A DNA stretch of 61,458 nucleotides, the filler included, from Hausera hauseri (taxonomy: Eukaryota): the NCBI GenBank assembly GCA_046269625.1. It is 11 parts of 11 records of this genome, joined end to end, with 100 filler letters (N's around TTAATTAATTAA, not from the genome) between each part and the next. Parts side by side here need not be neighbours in the genome. Positions count along the whole stretch, not along the records: positions 1 to 4,022 come from JBJURY010812532.1; positions 4,123 to 8,516 come from JBJURY010603555.1; positions 8,617 to 13,765 come from JBJURY010321605.1; 8 more parts are not named here. One strand, given 5' to 3'. A program made the position numbers and the translations under genes. Positions 1-11,974 of this stretch are shown here, piece by piece (positions within the stretch are counted from its first letter, which is position 1; every line of letters starts with the position of its first letter). The notes under the pieces were generated by a model. It worked only from the letters and a program-made list of their open reading frames with translations. It was not told where the DNA came from and made no database searches.

Positions 1-2568
1 TCGATGGTCGAATAAATGGTAGTTGAATTAAGGCGATGCAGGATGTCCTTGATGAGTGGCAAGGGGTACGCATCCATGATTGTCAAATTGTTCAACTGTC
101 GGTAGTCACCGAATGGTCTAAAAGTTCCGTCCGTTTTTCGTACGACGTGTAAAGGTGACGACCAAGGAGATTTTGAAAGGCGTACAATTCCGGAGCGTTC
201 TAGTTCGAGAAATTCGGCTTCTACAGCCTGTCTACGACGAGATGACAGTGGTCGTACCTTTTGGCGTATTGATAATTGATGCTGTATAATTATGTGATGT
301 ACAGTGCTGTTTGTAGAGTTGAACGAACGATCTTTTTTAAGTACGCGTGGACATGATGTGGTAACGAATTGCTGTAAAGTTGTAGGCAACTGTGAGAGAT
401 TCGGTAATGATGGTGAAACAGCTTGAATAGTAGCGGATGTGATTTGTGAATTGTTTTGTGATATTCAGTCAAGTGGTATTTGATGTAAAATGGTCGAATT
501 GAAAATGATGTTGGATGAAGTGATTTTGTCGAGTGAATGAACATTGGTGACAGTACCACAATTATCGACATCGACCCTCGATCGAATATCAATATTATTA
601 TTTAAAAATTTACGAATTGAATTGTTGTTATGGAAATTCGAATAATTTATTGATTTTCCAAAAATTGACCTCCGTGTCTCGATTGACTGCACGGTAGTCG
701 AAATGCTATTGACATGCTCAGTAATGCTACCAGTGATGACGCTCCTCAGACATCGTTGACTGTAGTCAACCAACAAATTATAATGTGATAGAAAATCGGA
801 CCCTAGAATTGCTGTCTGGATGTTAGCAACTGTAAACGTCCAGTGGAAAGGGGAAGGAAATTTTGGTAAGATGAAGGATAATTTAGCCATACAGGAAATG
901 TGCAGCGGTTGACCTAAAGCGGTGTATAAGGGTTTAATTCTGAATGGTGAATTTTGTACTGGGAAAGATTGTGGTAATAAGGAAATCGCTGCACCTGTAT
1001 CAATGAGGAAATCAGCGGATTGCGTTGTAGGAGCGGTGATTGCAGCCTTTAGAGTAAAGACAGTAAAAGAGGCGTGTCAGCATTCAGAAAGTGAAGCAGT
1101 GCCTTTGCCAGAGTTTGCCGTGACTTCTGGAGGCAAATGTAGTTTTTTTTGAAAAGGTGAACTAGGACGACTATTAGAAGAAAAGGTAATACGTCCGTCG
1201 TTCATGTCCGGTTTGAAAGTGAGGCCTGGAATGCATTTACGAGATTGATTTTTAAACTTTGCGTAGTAAATGCAAACAACGGTGTCCGAAGAAAAACTTT
1301 TGTTGTAAAATTTGCACCTTAGGCAGCATTTCTTGGCATTCTTATTGAATTTGCTGTGATAATATCAGATTGACGACCGCGCAGGCGATAATGACCGGTT
1401 TCTAGATGCAGAATGGTCGCGGTTGGCAACAAAATCCCTTCGCCGGGACAGGGAAAGCTCGTTTAATTTGTTGTTTCTATTGTTAATGGTTGCGTGTAGT
1501 GCGGTAATTTCAGCACGTAGCTGACTGAGTTGTTGTTCTATAGATATGTTATTGGATTGAATATCGTTAGGGTCAACTGCCGCCGAAATGACTGGTGGAG
1601 AATTTAAGTGTAGAACATAGTGTGTCTTGTTGGCTAATTCAGCCAATTTATCAAAAGCCGTGGAGTCCTCCACCACGGTAAGTAGGGCTCGAATTTAGAT
1701 GGGTAACGCGTTAAGAAAGTAATGACGCAGTAGTTCGGGATTGTGTTCTTTAGTGACGCCGAGAATGTGCAGATGTGCCAAAGACGTGCGTAAAAATTCT
1801 GATGGTTGTTGTGTGCCTACAGTATTGTCGTGGAAGAAGAGTTGTATGATGGTATCCATTGAGGGTTCTGTGATTTTAAGAACAGCGTTGGAGAGCTGTG
1901 AGTATGGGTTAGGAAGTTCACAGATCTCAAGGACGTTGTGAATTTGTGTTTTAATGTTATTAGGCAGTAAGAAGAGGAGATTGTGTGCCTTGGTTAAGGG
2001 GTCGGTGATATTGTTTGCCTGTAGCCACAGTTGATGGAATTGAAACCAAGTTTTGCTGGAGCCTTGATTGTCAATGAAGAATTCGGTGCAGTGAGGGAAG
2101 GGAGCGGAAAAAGTAGTAGCTGAAGGGTTATTAGCGGAAGTAGAGTGGGTTTCTGAAGTATTATTACAGATTTTGGTTTCATGGTGGTTTTATCCGTGGT
2201 GTCTACGATGGGCGATGAATTCATGCCACCACGGATGCGGAAGTGTATATGGAAGTGGATATATGTTGAAGAAGGTTGCAGGGTCCCAACGAGAGGTACC
2301 GTGGATCTATGCTGTGTGAGTTAAAAGTCAAATGAGCGAAGAAAAGTGGAAATGACGTACATAGTTGCAGTGTTTAAGTGTGTTAATGCAGTTGTGCAAA
2401 TATGTTTATTGTTTAAAAAAAGAAGGAATACGGAGAGATCGTGTAGCCGGGGGCGTGTCGTGGGCGTCAGCGAACGGTGCCGCCTGACCCAATGGTGTAG
2501 GGTGGGCGGCCGGAACTTCAGCCTCTCCGCGGCGGATAGCAAACTTCGGGGTAGCCGAGTTCCCCGCA
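1..2568 (-). mobile_element. Ty3/Gypsy LTR retrotransposon copy 1 (5' LTR, gag, protease, start of RT), degenerate; CsRn1-like CHCC gag
   Basis: Minus strand: gag from ATG 2224; CxYHxKFxxxAxxC motifs at about 1225-1370; protease FLIDTGAAIS (about 985-1015) and ILGSDFL; RT start SPWSSPLHVVRK..DYRQLN..DAYPLP (1-190). Many stops and frameshifts. Confidence 0.9.
2313..2568 (-). repeat. Putative 5' LTR (about 256 bp, TG...CA) of Gypsy copy 1
   Basis: Homologous to 11517-11777. Similarity between the two copies starts at a TG on the minus strand and runs through ...CTCACACA into the gag leader. Confidence 0.7.
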
Positions 2569-3461
2569 TGCAATGGTTTTCCATTGGTTACTTTCAGATC
2601 TGATAGGAGTTTTGTTCTTCTAATTTGTGCAGAATTTGTCATTAAACTTTTTAGTACTTCTGGAAAATTCTCTTCTTCACGTTTGCGTTTTAATTCTACA
2701 TCTTTCACGCGTTCCCGCTTTTCGTGTTCTTCTCGAGTTTCAAACTGTAATTCACTCACTGTTTTACCAATAGCCGACTCAACTGGCTTATAAACTTCGT
2801 TGGATGTGTCGTGAAAGCCGCGTGGAATTGCCTGGTAAAATGGAGTTTTATCGTTGTAGTTTATACCCGGTTTCTTCTTGTTGTTTGTCGGTTTTCCGAT
2901 TATTCTCGCTTCTGAAAATTTACGTTTTCCACGTATAGACACCAATCTCCTTACTATTATGAGCTGCCTTTCTCGTCCATTACGTTTGGCCTCTTTTTCT
3001 TGTGTATTTATTAGCCTAGCACGTGCCTTATTCAACATATCAATTTCATCTTTTGCTATGCCAATTAGATCAGATTTGGCTGGTTTACACGCTGGTGTAA
3101 CGTCGATATCATCTTGCCGTATATTATCCATTTCCGTAATTCTTTCGTTACCAGCACGACTTTTATCGATCAGTAGATTGTACTGCTGTACGCATTGTAG
3201 TGCTGTACAACCAGTTATATCTGATATAGTTCGCCATTGAATCGGCAAAACCTTTCCTAAATGTAACAGTTTTACATTTTCGTCTTGAGTCCATTTGATC
3301 TTTTTTACTGTCGGTGATAACCATTTGTACCATCGGGATTTGCACTGCTGTGCTGATTTACGATGTAACAATTAGGCCACTCTGGCCCACTGATTTGTGT
3401 CGTATTTCATGGTGGTCGATTTGAGAACTTCATGCTCAATATTTGTCCAAATACCACCCTT
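2569..3461 (-). pseudogene. CDC5L: CDC5L/Cef1 (Myb-repeat splicing factor) N-terminal part, with in-frame stop, 3'-truncated by LTR
   Basis: [67 protein letters not shown]...EIDMLNKARARLINTQEKEAKR...GINYNDKTPF matches the CDC5L N-terminus. TAA at 3372-3374; splice-acceptor-like TTTGTAG just upstream. Confidence 0.9.
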
Positions 3462-4022
3462 CTACAAAGGACCTATATTAGAACTGTTTCTCAAATTAGA
3501 CAAGGACTTCCTTGGTTGTTGTTTGCATGGAGCAAATAAATCCTTGCCTCTGAGTAGTGTTTGTTTGTTAGCTTGTTTGAAGTCGACAATGATCATGTCG
3601 TTAGTATTCTTATTGGGGGCCACATGGCTAGTGAGCGACGTTTCGATATGGGCTATTTCTGATTTGTATAAACCGATGTCAACAATGCGGCTCTTTGTTA
3701 ATCCATAAGGCATGTGCGCCTTCCTGCTGTATACCTCAACATATCACGGAACCTTACTGGGATCAGCAGAATTGATACCGAAGCGTACACCGACAACCAC
3801 CGAGGCCGGTCACCGGCCGCTAATGGCCATTGCTACGGGGTTTTTGCAAACAACTGTGGTGCGCTATTCCTGATTGGCCATGCGACTATTAAGTATATGG
3901 TGTGAGTATAATTCCAACAGCCGATCTCTATTGAATGAAACGTCGTTCGTCTGTTCAAAGTGCTCGAAAAAATTAACGGGAATATGACCACGTAATGGAT
4001 CATTAAGAAAAATGCTATCCTG

Positions 4023-4122
4023 NNNNNNNNNNNNNNNNNNNNNNNNNNNNNNNNNNNNNNNNNNNNTTAATTAATTAANNNNNNNNNNNNNNNNNNNNNN
4101 NNNNNNNNNNNNNNNNNNNNNN
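4023..4122. other. Artificial contig spacer N44-TTAATTAATTAA-N44
   Basis: Identical 100-nt linker with stop codons in all six frames. Confidence 0.98.
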
Positions 4123-4625
4123 TAATCCGTAATGTTTTTAAATTCAATTTTTAAAATTAAATGTCAATTTCTTTCTAGTGATTCAATATCACTAGTTGTT
4201 ATATTATATATAATTATATATTATATATATCAATACATTTTCCTTATCAATATATTTTTACACATCCCATTTGACTAAGACTGAATGCGGTTATCAAACG
4301 AACGAACAAATAAACCGCTTTACAAATTTTTTCAGAGTTCCAAGGCGGTGGTCAGGCTAGATAAGTTAATGTACCGCGAAGCCGACGTAATGAGAATATT
4401 AATGCATGAAAATGTTCTCGATCTTGTTGATTTCATTAAAGACGGACGTTATTTTGTATACAATTGTGTTTGTTGTTTTATTAATCTGTTTTTTATAATC
4501 AACTTTTCTTTATTGAGGAAACAAACTGTCCTGTATTATGCGATCTCTGTAAAAGGTCATGAATATCATATATGACTTTTCGTAAAATCGTTGTCAGTGA
4601 CACAAACATCATTTAATTCGGACCA

Positions 4626-6301
4626 TTATTTAATTAGGTTACTTTCGAAACATGACGTAGCTTCTAATAGAGGGTCGACTGAAATCAATTTTTCTTCATT
4701 GCTTAACAATTCTGAGCGTAATTCTTTGACAATAGACAGAAAATTAGGATTGTTTTTATTTGTAGAGTTATTAGCAACAGTGTCAAATTCTTGCCTCAGT
4801 GAATCCAGGTTTTGATTAAGTTCTTTAATAGTTACATCAAATTCATGTTTATTGTCAGCATAAAGAGATAGTGGTTTATGATATTTATTTTGAATAAAAT
4901 CGAGTAATTTCTGAATCTCTTTAATAACCACACACTTTTCCTTCTCGCAATATTGAATATTTTCTAGAGCATTTTCATAAACAGTATCGTTTACATCTGC
5001 TTGAATATAAATATCTTCCGATAAAGCATTATCCATAAACTCTAATTCTTTTTCAATTTTTTTACAAGTGGCCAGATAATTCTACAAACAAAATAAAAAA
5101 TACAATTGAATCATTATTTCACTTGTAAAAGACTCATTGACATTTGAAACTTTTTAATATCTGTATCAACATTTTCAGCAAGTTCCCGAGTATCCATATG
5201 CAATTCCTGAAGGGTGGATAAGCGTTTCTCAATATTCACATCCACCTGTATAGCTAGTTCTTTATCAACTTTTATTCTCAGATCTTTCTCCTGATCAATA
5301 ACTTTGTTGTAAATATTTGAAAATTTTTCAGCATCCTTTGAAATAGCAGTTTTACCAATTGTATTGTACAACGATTTAAATTTTTCAAAGTCTTTATTTG
5401 ATCGTTTCATGGACTCTTTATTACTTATAATTTCAGCTAGTAACTGTGAATTATTTTCCGACTTTTTTGCTTTCATTAGTCTTTTCAAATTACTATCAAA
5501 AGAATTAGAAAGATTAGATGTCATATCTTTAACTTCAGTGATAAGTTTTTTGGTGTCTTCAATGGATTTCTGTGTATTTTTCATGTCATCCAGTAAAGTT
5601 ACCAATTTACTCGAAATTGTTTTTTGTAACAAATCTAGTGGCTCATAGTATTTCATATTTGCTAGATCAGACGTGGCGTTCTTCAGTATATTTTCCAATA
5701 ATTTTTGGTGATTATTTACACTTCTTTTGTTCCGAAATATACTTGTTTGAATGACATCTAATTCAGCTGCATTCAAAGGCAATGGTGATGTTTCAGATTG
5801 GAATTTCTGCCGTAAATTTTCAATTTTAGTTAGTATAACATTCAGTGATTTTTCCATGGATGAATATCCGTCGATAATATCATTGAAAAATGATTTTAAC
5901 GACTCAATTTTAATGTTAACATCGTCTCGGAGACATCTCGTCGATATTAAGTACGTTTCAACGTTAGTCAATAAAGGCTGACTTTCGGAGTCAGTAATAC
6001 TTTTCCTTCCATAAATGTCAAGAATATTTTGCTTCAACTCAAGAAATTTCGGCGACAATAGACACAAGTCGTTATGATAATTACTTAATAATTCCAATTT
6101 TTCTTTGATTTCATTAAGCGTAACACTTTGATAGGACTTGCCAGAACGAAACATTTCAATTTTCTCATTTTCTCGGTTAATAGTGTTAACCTTGAATCGT
6201 ACTTGATTTATTTGGTCTCCAACACCCTTTAACGTTGCATTTGCATAAATTGGTTCATTTTCATTATTTGCCTTTTGACTGGATTTCAGCAACTCAATCA
6301 A
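4626..6301 (-). CDS. Long helical/coiled-coil protein fragment (possibly spectrin-repeat/plakin-like), two exons with 41-nt intron 5082-5122
   Basis: ORFs 5114-6301 and 4626-5036 join in frame via GTGAAAT...TTTGTAG (LLQ|NYLATCKKIEKELEFMDNAL). K/E/L-rich heptad composition; no family-specific motif recognised. Confidence 0.55.
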
Positions 6302-6675
6302 TAATTTTATCGTCGAAAACTTTTCTCGAATAGCTGGTATAAGCGAATCGGGTGAATCTAATGAATCTCTGTTGAGAGTTCCCTGCTTTTCTGCATTACT
6401 GGATAAAGATTATCATTTTCTTTAAATGAAATGTCAAAATCGGCGACTGCTATATCCATTCGAGCAGCATTTGGTGAAGATACAAGTTGTTTGTCTGAAA
6501 TTTTCTGTCGACGTGATTGATTTTGATTGCTTTTACAAAACTTTCGAGCTAAATGCCGCTGTCACACCTTTTTCAGAAATTACAACTTTTGCGTCGCATA
6601 CTCACATGGTGGGTAAAATCCTCTCACCGATTCGACAGCCTCAAACAGTGCAGCCACATCCTAGGCACTACATCA

Positions 6676-8516
6676 CCCTTCCCCCCGTTGCAAGACGAAG
6701 ACTGTAAAGAGAAGAAAATGAATGGAAATGATCGTAGGAAAAAGAACAGCTTATACCTATTCGGTTTTGGTACGTGTTAGACGTTGGACTCCATCTATGA
6801 GCTTCTCCCTGCTGTAAGTGCTAAACGTCACATGACGTGGTCTGTTAGATGTTGCTAGTGCTTGTGGATTTGTTTGATGGAGCGATACTGTGGATTTTGT
6901 GGTGCTGGAAGATGCTTCATGAAGAGGTGAAAGTGTACAGGAAGCTGCAAACGGAAAAGGGTCACGCGAAGAACACGATACTGGAGATTGCAGCGAATCG
7001 TGCGATGACGGTGAAAGGAGTAGTGAGTGTGCAGGCGATGACGGCGAAGTAAGCAGTTAATGAACAGTGAACGATGACGGAAATGAAAAGGACTTATTGT
7101 GACTCGATTGCTGCGACTGCTCAAAATTATTGAGGAAATTAGATAATGGCTCGCGGGAAGAGAAATTAGAGTCAGTATGTGAAACCAGGCTGTTATCCTA
7201 ATCATCATCAACGAAGAGATATGTACATTTTGAGGTTTGTCCTTGCGTAAAATAGTAGCGGTGTGCGAACAAAGGTTTAGTAGTTTGTAAGGGCCAACGT
7301 ATTGAGGCCGAAAACCAGACGGTGAAGGATCCTTCAGCCATACAAGCTTGGCTGAGAATATGTCGCTTGGAATATAAGATTTGTCTTTATTTATAAGACG
7401 GCAAAAGGCGTTTGAGATTACCTCTATAAAGTGGGACTGTGCTGCACGAATGACTTCATCTGATGGACTTTCATCCAGATTGGAGAGCTCAAATAATGCA
7501 CGAAATGGTGTCCAAAAGAGAGCATCAGTAGGGGCACAAACTGTAGTAATGGATGGCTTGTTGCGCCAACCAAGTAGGATAAGAGGAAGAATTGAGGTCC
7601 AATTACAATTGTTGTTTGCCAGGATTTTTAAAGAAATCTTCTTGGTGCGGTGGAATCTCTCAAGAAGACCATTTGCTTGGGGGTGGTACGGCGTCGTATG
7701 GAAATGGACTATCTCCAAGTGCTTTACTAGAGATTTAAAGAGATCAGCTTCTAATTGCGGACCCTGGTCCGTTATGATGTAACGTGGTGAACCAAAAGGG
7801 CTAACCCATATCTTGATAAATGCATCTGCTACTGAGTAAGTGTTGGTTGATCGAAGCGGAACGGCTTCAGGCCAGCGGGAAGCACGATCCATCATTGATA
7901 AAATGTATTGATAACCGTTGTCGGATGGCAAAGGACCGACAAATTCCAAATGCACAATGTCAAAACGGGAAGTACAAGGGAAGTGGTAAAGTGGTGGTTT
8001 TAGTTGTTTGTGGACCTTGTATTTCTGGCATGTTGCACATCCCTTGACCCAGATCTGTACATCTGTACGCATAGTTGGCCATACAACGTGGCGTTGCAGT
8101 TGGCAAAATGTGGCTTTTGAACCCGGATGATGAAGAGAGTGAAAGTGATTGAAAACTGTCTTTTGTAGCGATGGTGCAAGAATGATCTTCTTGTTGGTCG
8201 AGTTGGAAGTGTCATAAGCGATACCATCAATGATTTCAACAGATTTAAAAGCTTGGCGAATGTCAGGTGATGGCTGATTGCTTCTCAGGACCTCAGAGGA
8301 GAAAAGTGGCTGAACTCTAATAAAGTTAGCTGACCGCGAAAGAAAATCCGCTACTAAATTTTCGGTGCCTGAAATATATTTCAAGGAAAAGCTAAACGTC
8401 GACAGGTATGATATCTGTCGTTCTTGTCTGGGTGATGGATGTTTCAAAGTCATTATATGAAGTAGAGGCTTGTGGTCGGTTTGGATGGTAAATTGACGTG
8501 AAAGAAGCAAGTGCTT
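6676..8516 (-). mobile_element. Ty3/Gypsy 3' part: RNase H end, integrase (HHCC, DDE core, GPY/F) and polypurine tract
   Basis: TDHKPL; FHSLHHPG...CATCQ; VHLEFVGPLP, ITDQGPQ, TTPYHPQANGLLERFHR; YVGPYK. PPT GGGGGGAAGGG (minus strand) at 6676-6686 followed by TGATGT. Confidence 0.92.
6855..8510 (-). pseudogene. Gypsy pol fragment: RNase H C-terminus plus integrase
   Basis: 551-aa ORF with integrase zinc-binding and rve motifs; first catalytic D appears as E (VHLEFVGP). Confidence 0.88.
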
Positions 8517-8616
8517 NNNNNNNNNNNNNNNNNNNNNNNNNNNNNNNNNNNNNNNNNNNNTTAATTAATTAANNNNNNNNNNNNNNNNNNNNNNNNNNNN
8601 NNNNNNNNNNNNNNNN
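8517..8616. other. Artificial contig spacer
   Basis: N44-TTAATTAATTAA-N44. Confidence 0.98.
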
Positions 8617-9473
8617 TGTGGATGCATCCGTGGTTAAGAAGAGTTCTGCATGGGAGTCGGGATAGGCCAGGATTTCCACGGTTTTTAGATTATCTTTGAG
8701 GTGATCGAAAGCGTTGACTAGCTTGATGGTCCATTGAATAGACTGCTTTTTCTTGCCAGAGCTTAGTGAGGCAAATGGAGCGGCTGGAGTGGAGCAGTGT
8801 GGTACATACTTGTGAATAAAGTGCAAGGTTCCGAGGAAAGAACGAATCTCTGTTGATGTACGTGGTAGCTGTATGTTTTTGAGTTGTGTAATGCGCTTTG
8901 GCTGAGACGAATATCCGGAGGAGTTAATAACATATCCTAGGAAGTTGACCTTATGTTGAAAACAGAGCATTTGGAGAAATTAATTTGCAAGTTGTTTTGA
9001 TGCAAGCGCTGGAAGATTAAACGTAAGTGCTCGATGTGTTGTTTCGAGGAAGATGATGCAATTAGGATATCATCGATGTAGGGATAAGCAAAGTTTAAAC
9101 CTGAAAGAACTGTATCACTATGCCTTTGGAAGGTCTGGGAATCTCTACGGAGTCCAAAAGGCATGAAAAGGTATTCGAAAAGGCCGAAAGGTGTAATGAC
9201 AGGCGTTTTCGGAATGTCTGTTAGGGCCACCGGAATTTGGTGGTATGCTTTGTGCAAATCAATGCAGGAAAAAATGGTCGAACCATGGAGCCTGTGAAGA
9301 ATATCGTTGATTAATGGTAGAGGGTAGGCATCCATTGTTGTTATGATGTTGAGTTGGCGATAATCACCACATGGGCGAAAGGTATCATCTTTTTTGGAAC
9401 CGCATGCAGTGGTGAAGACCAGGGGGATTTGGATTATGCCTGATTTTTCCAGTTCGAGAAACACAGCCTCCAC
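8617..9473 (-). pseudogene. Gypsy reverse transcriptase and RNase H start (frameshifted)
   Basis: ORFs 8937-9473 and 8569-8970 carry YIDD and TTDAS motifs. Confidence 0.9.
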
Positions 9474-11516
9474 TGCCTCTCTGCGGCGAGGCGACAGCGG
9501 GCGGATCTTTTTACGTATTGGTCTTTGATGTGCTGTTACTACGTGATGGAGGGTGGGTTGAGATGGTACGAATGATTTGTCATTTTGCAGCAGACGCGTT
9601 CAGGACGACGAAATATATTGGTGTAAGTCAGAGGGCAAAGATGAAAAGTTTTCAGATGGTGTTGATGCATCGTAACTGGATGCAGTTGAGGTATGAGTTG
9701 TAGACGAGGTGTTGTGACTAGTTGGTATTAGGTACAGGATGTTTGTATTAAAGAGGATGTTGGGAGCTGTACTGTCAGTAATAGGTGCCACGCAGTTGGC
9801 AATATCGTATTTGTTGTGGTAATAAAAATTTCTATATAATGAATGATTATGAAAATAATTTAAATCGTAAATCGTTTCTTTTAGTATTGACTTGCTGGAA
9901 GCGATCGCCATGGTGGTCACCGTAATGCTTCTAATTTGATTAAAATTATTTCCGCTCTTTAAGGAACATCGTTCGCAGTCAACAAGTAAATTATAGTGGA
10001 ACAGAAAGTCTGAACCCAATATAGATGTGCGTACATTGGCTACTGTAAATTTCCAAGTGAATGTGTTTGGGAAATTTGGGAGTGTAAAGGTTAATTTGGT
10101 AACACCAAAAGTTTGTAAAAGTTCACCGGAGGCAGTGAACAGTTGCTTTTTGAAGTGAAATTGTTTTGGATGTGCTGTGTTGGTGGGAGTAAAGAGATTG
10201 CTGCACTAGTGTCTATGAGAAAATTAATGTTTTGCTTCGATGGTGTGACGACTGCTGCTTCCAACGTGAATTCAGCAAAAGAAATGTGTCGGCTATCTTT
10301 TTGTAGGTTGTTGCCTTTGATAGAACTTGCCGTGTGTCCTCGCCGCGAAATCAGATTTTGTACCTGGTGAGTTTGGCCTACTATTTTGTGTGAGTTTAGT
10401 GGTATTGATTTTATTGTGCGTGTTGTAGTTACAGCCAGATAGGCATTTTTGTGCTTTTTTCCAAATTTTCAGTGAGCGATTCAAACGATGTTGCTTGTAT
10501 TTAAATCGGGATAGTAAAATTTACAACCGCTGCAGCATTTCTGAGCATTGTCACCAAATTTGCTGTGATAGTAGCAAATAGACGACCGCGCGGGCGAAGG
10601 CGACAGCCTTTATCGTTGATGAAATACATTAGGGGAAGGAGTTCTAGAAAAACCTCGTTGAGGCAGCGTTAACTCATTTAATTTCTCCTTTATGTTATTA
10701 ATTGTCTTTTGCAAAATTGCATTGTCTAAGCGTAATTTCGCAATTTGTTGCTGCAGCAATGCATTTTGCTGTTGGTGGTTTGTTGTTAATTCCGCAGAGA
10801 TAGTTTGTGCTGTGTGCGAGTGCAGCACTTCATAAGCTTTGTCTGACAGTTCGGCTAACTTTTCCAGTGCCGTGGAGTCCTCGACCACAGTGAGCAAAGC
10901 TCTTATTTAAAGGGGCAATGTATTTAAAAAGTAACGGCGAAGAAGTTCTGGACTATGCTCAGATGTTACGTTAAGGGTATTGAGGTGAGACAAAAATGTG
11001 CGCAAGCATTTATAAGGCTTCTGAAAACCCATTGCGTTGTCGTTGAAGAATCTTTGAATGATAGTGTCGATTAACGGCTCAGTGAGCTTAAGAACGGTAT
11101 CATAAAGTTGAGAATATGAATCGGTGTGGTAAAGGATGTCGATGATGTTTGTAATTTTAGTTTTGATGGAAGCAAGTAAATGAAAAGACAGGCTGTTGTC
11201 TTTGAATAAGGGGTCGATGATGTTTTGTGATTGGAGCCAAAATTGATGCAGTTTTAGCCATGCTTGGGTAGAATTTTGGCTGTCAAGGAAGTATTCTGTG
11301 CAGGGTGAATGAGTGGGGAGTGTGTACTGTGTCGGGGTGTTTGAAGCACTTTGTTTGGGTAAGTAAGTGATAGAGATCGGTGGTTTGGTGGGTTTGTCTG
11401 TGATATCAATAGTGGGTGGTGAATCCATGCCACCACGGATACGGAAGTGAATGTGGAGGTGAATATAGGTGGAAGACGGTTGTAGATTCTCTACGAGAAG
11501 TACCGTGGCGCCGTAA

Positions 11517-11777
11517 TGTGTGAGGTAAAAGTCTGGTGTGCAAATAAGAGTGGAAATGAAGTTATAGATTGCCGCCGTGTTTAAATGTGTTACTGCATTT
11601 GTGCAAATATTTTTGTTATTGAAGAAAAAATAGGAAATGAGGAGAGGTCGTGTAGTCGGAGGCGTGTCGTGGGGCAGCAACGAAGGGTGCCGTCCGACCC
11701 AATGGTATAGGGTGGGCGGCCGGGGCTTCAGCCTCGCCACGGCGGGTCGCAAACTGCGGGTAACCGATCTCTTACCA
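11517..11777 (-). repeat. Putative 5' LTR (about 261 bp, TG...CA) of Gypsy copy 2
   Basis: Homologous to 2313-2568 (e.g. GAGGCTGAAG..CCGGCCGCCCACCCTA.ACCATTGGGTC). Confidence 0.7.
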
Positions 11778-11974
11778 GTCTTGGTGTGGAATGTATCCAA
11801 ACCGACAAAAATAGTCGGACTAAGCTTTAAATCAATGCCCCACGGGTCATAATAAATTTTAGCAAACATATGCATTACGGTTTTATCAGCAACAAATATC
11901 AAAGTAATATTAATTTTATTTACCTAGATTTGTTTGATGATGGTGCTATCTACAATGGCTTTGTTGTCCTTTCT

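Larger units (their letters stand above)
8617..11777 (-). mobile_element. Ty3/Gypsy LTR retrotransposon copy 2 (5' LTR, gag, protease, RT, start of RNase H), same family as copy 1, degenerate
   Basis: gag ATG 11428; shared TVVEDSTA.KLAEL; duplicated CHCC motifs; FLIDTSAAIS; RT RPCGDYRQLN, IDLHKAYHQIP, YLFMPFGL, YIDDILI; RNase H LTTDAS. Confidence 0.92.

Noticed and set aside
6400-11777. Contigs 2 and 3 as a single full-length Gypsy element (RNase H halves face each other across the spacer)
   Set aside because: The sequence after the PPT at 6676 (TGATGTAGTGCC..) does not match the 5' LTR at 11517-11777, and the join is an artificial spacer; not demonstrable.
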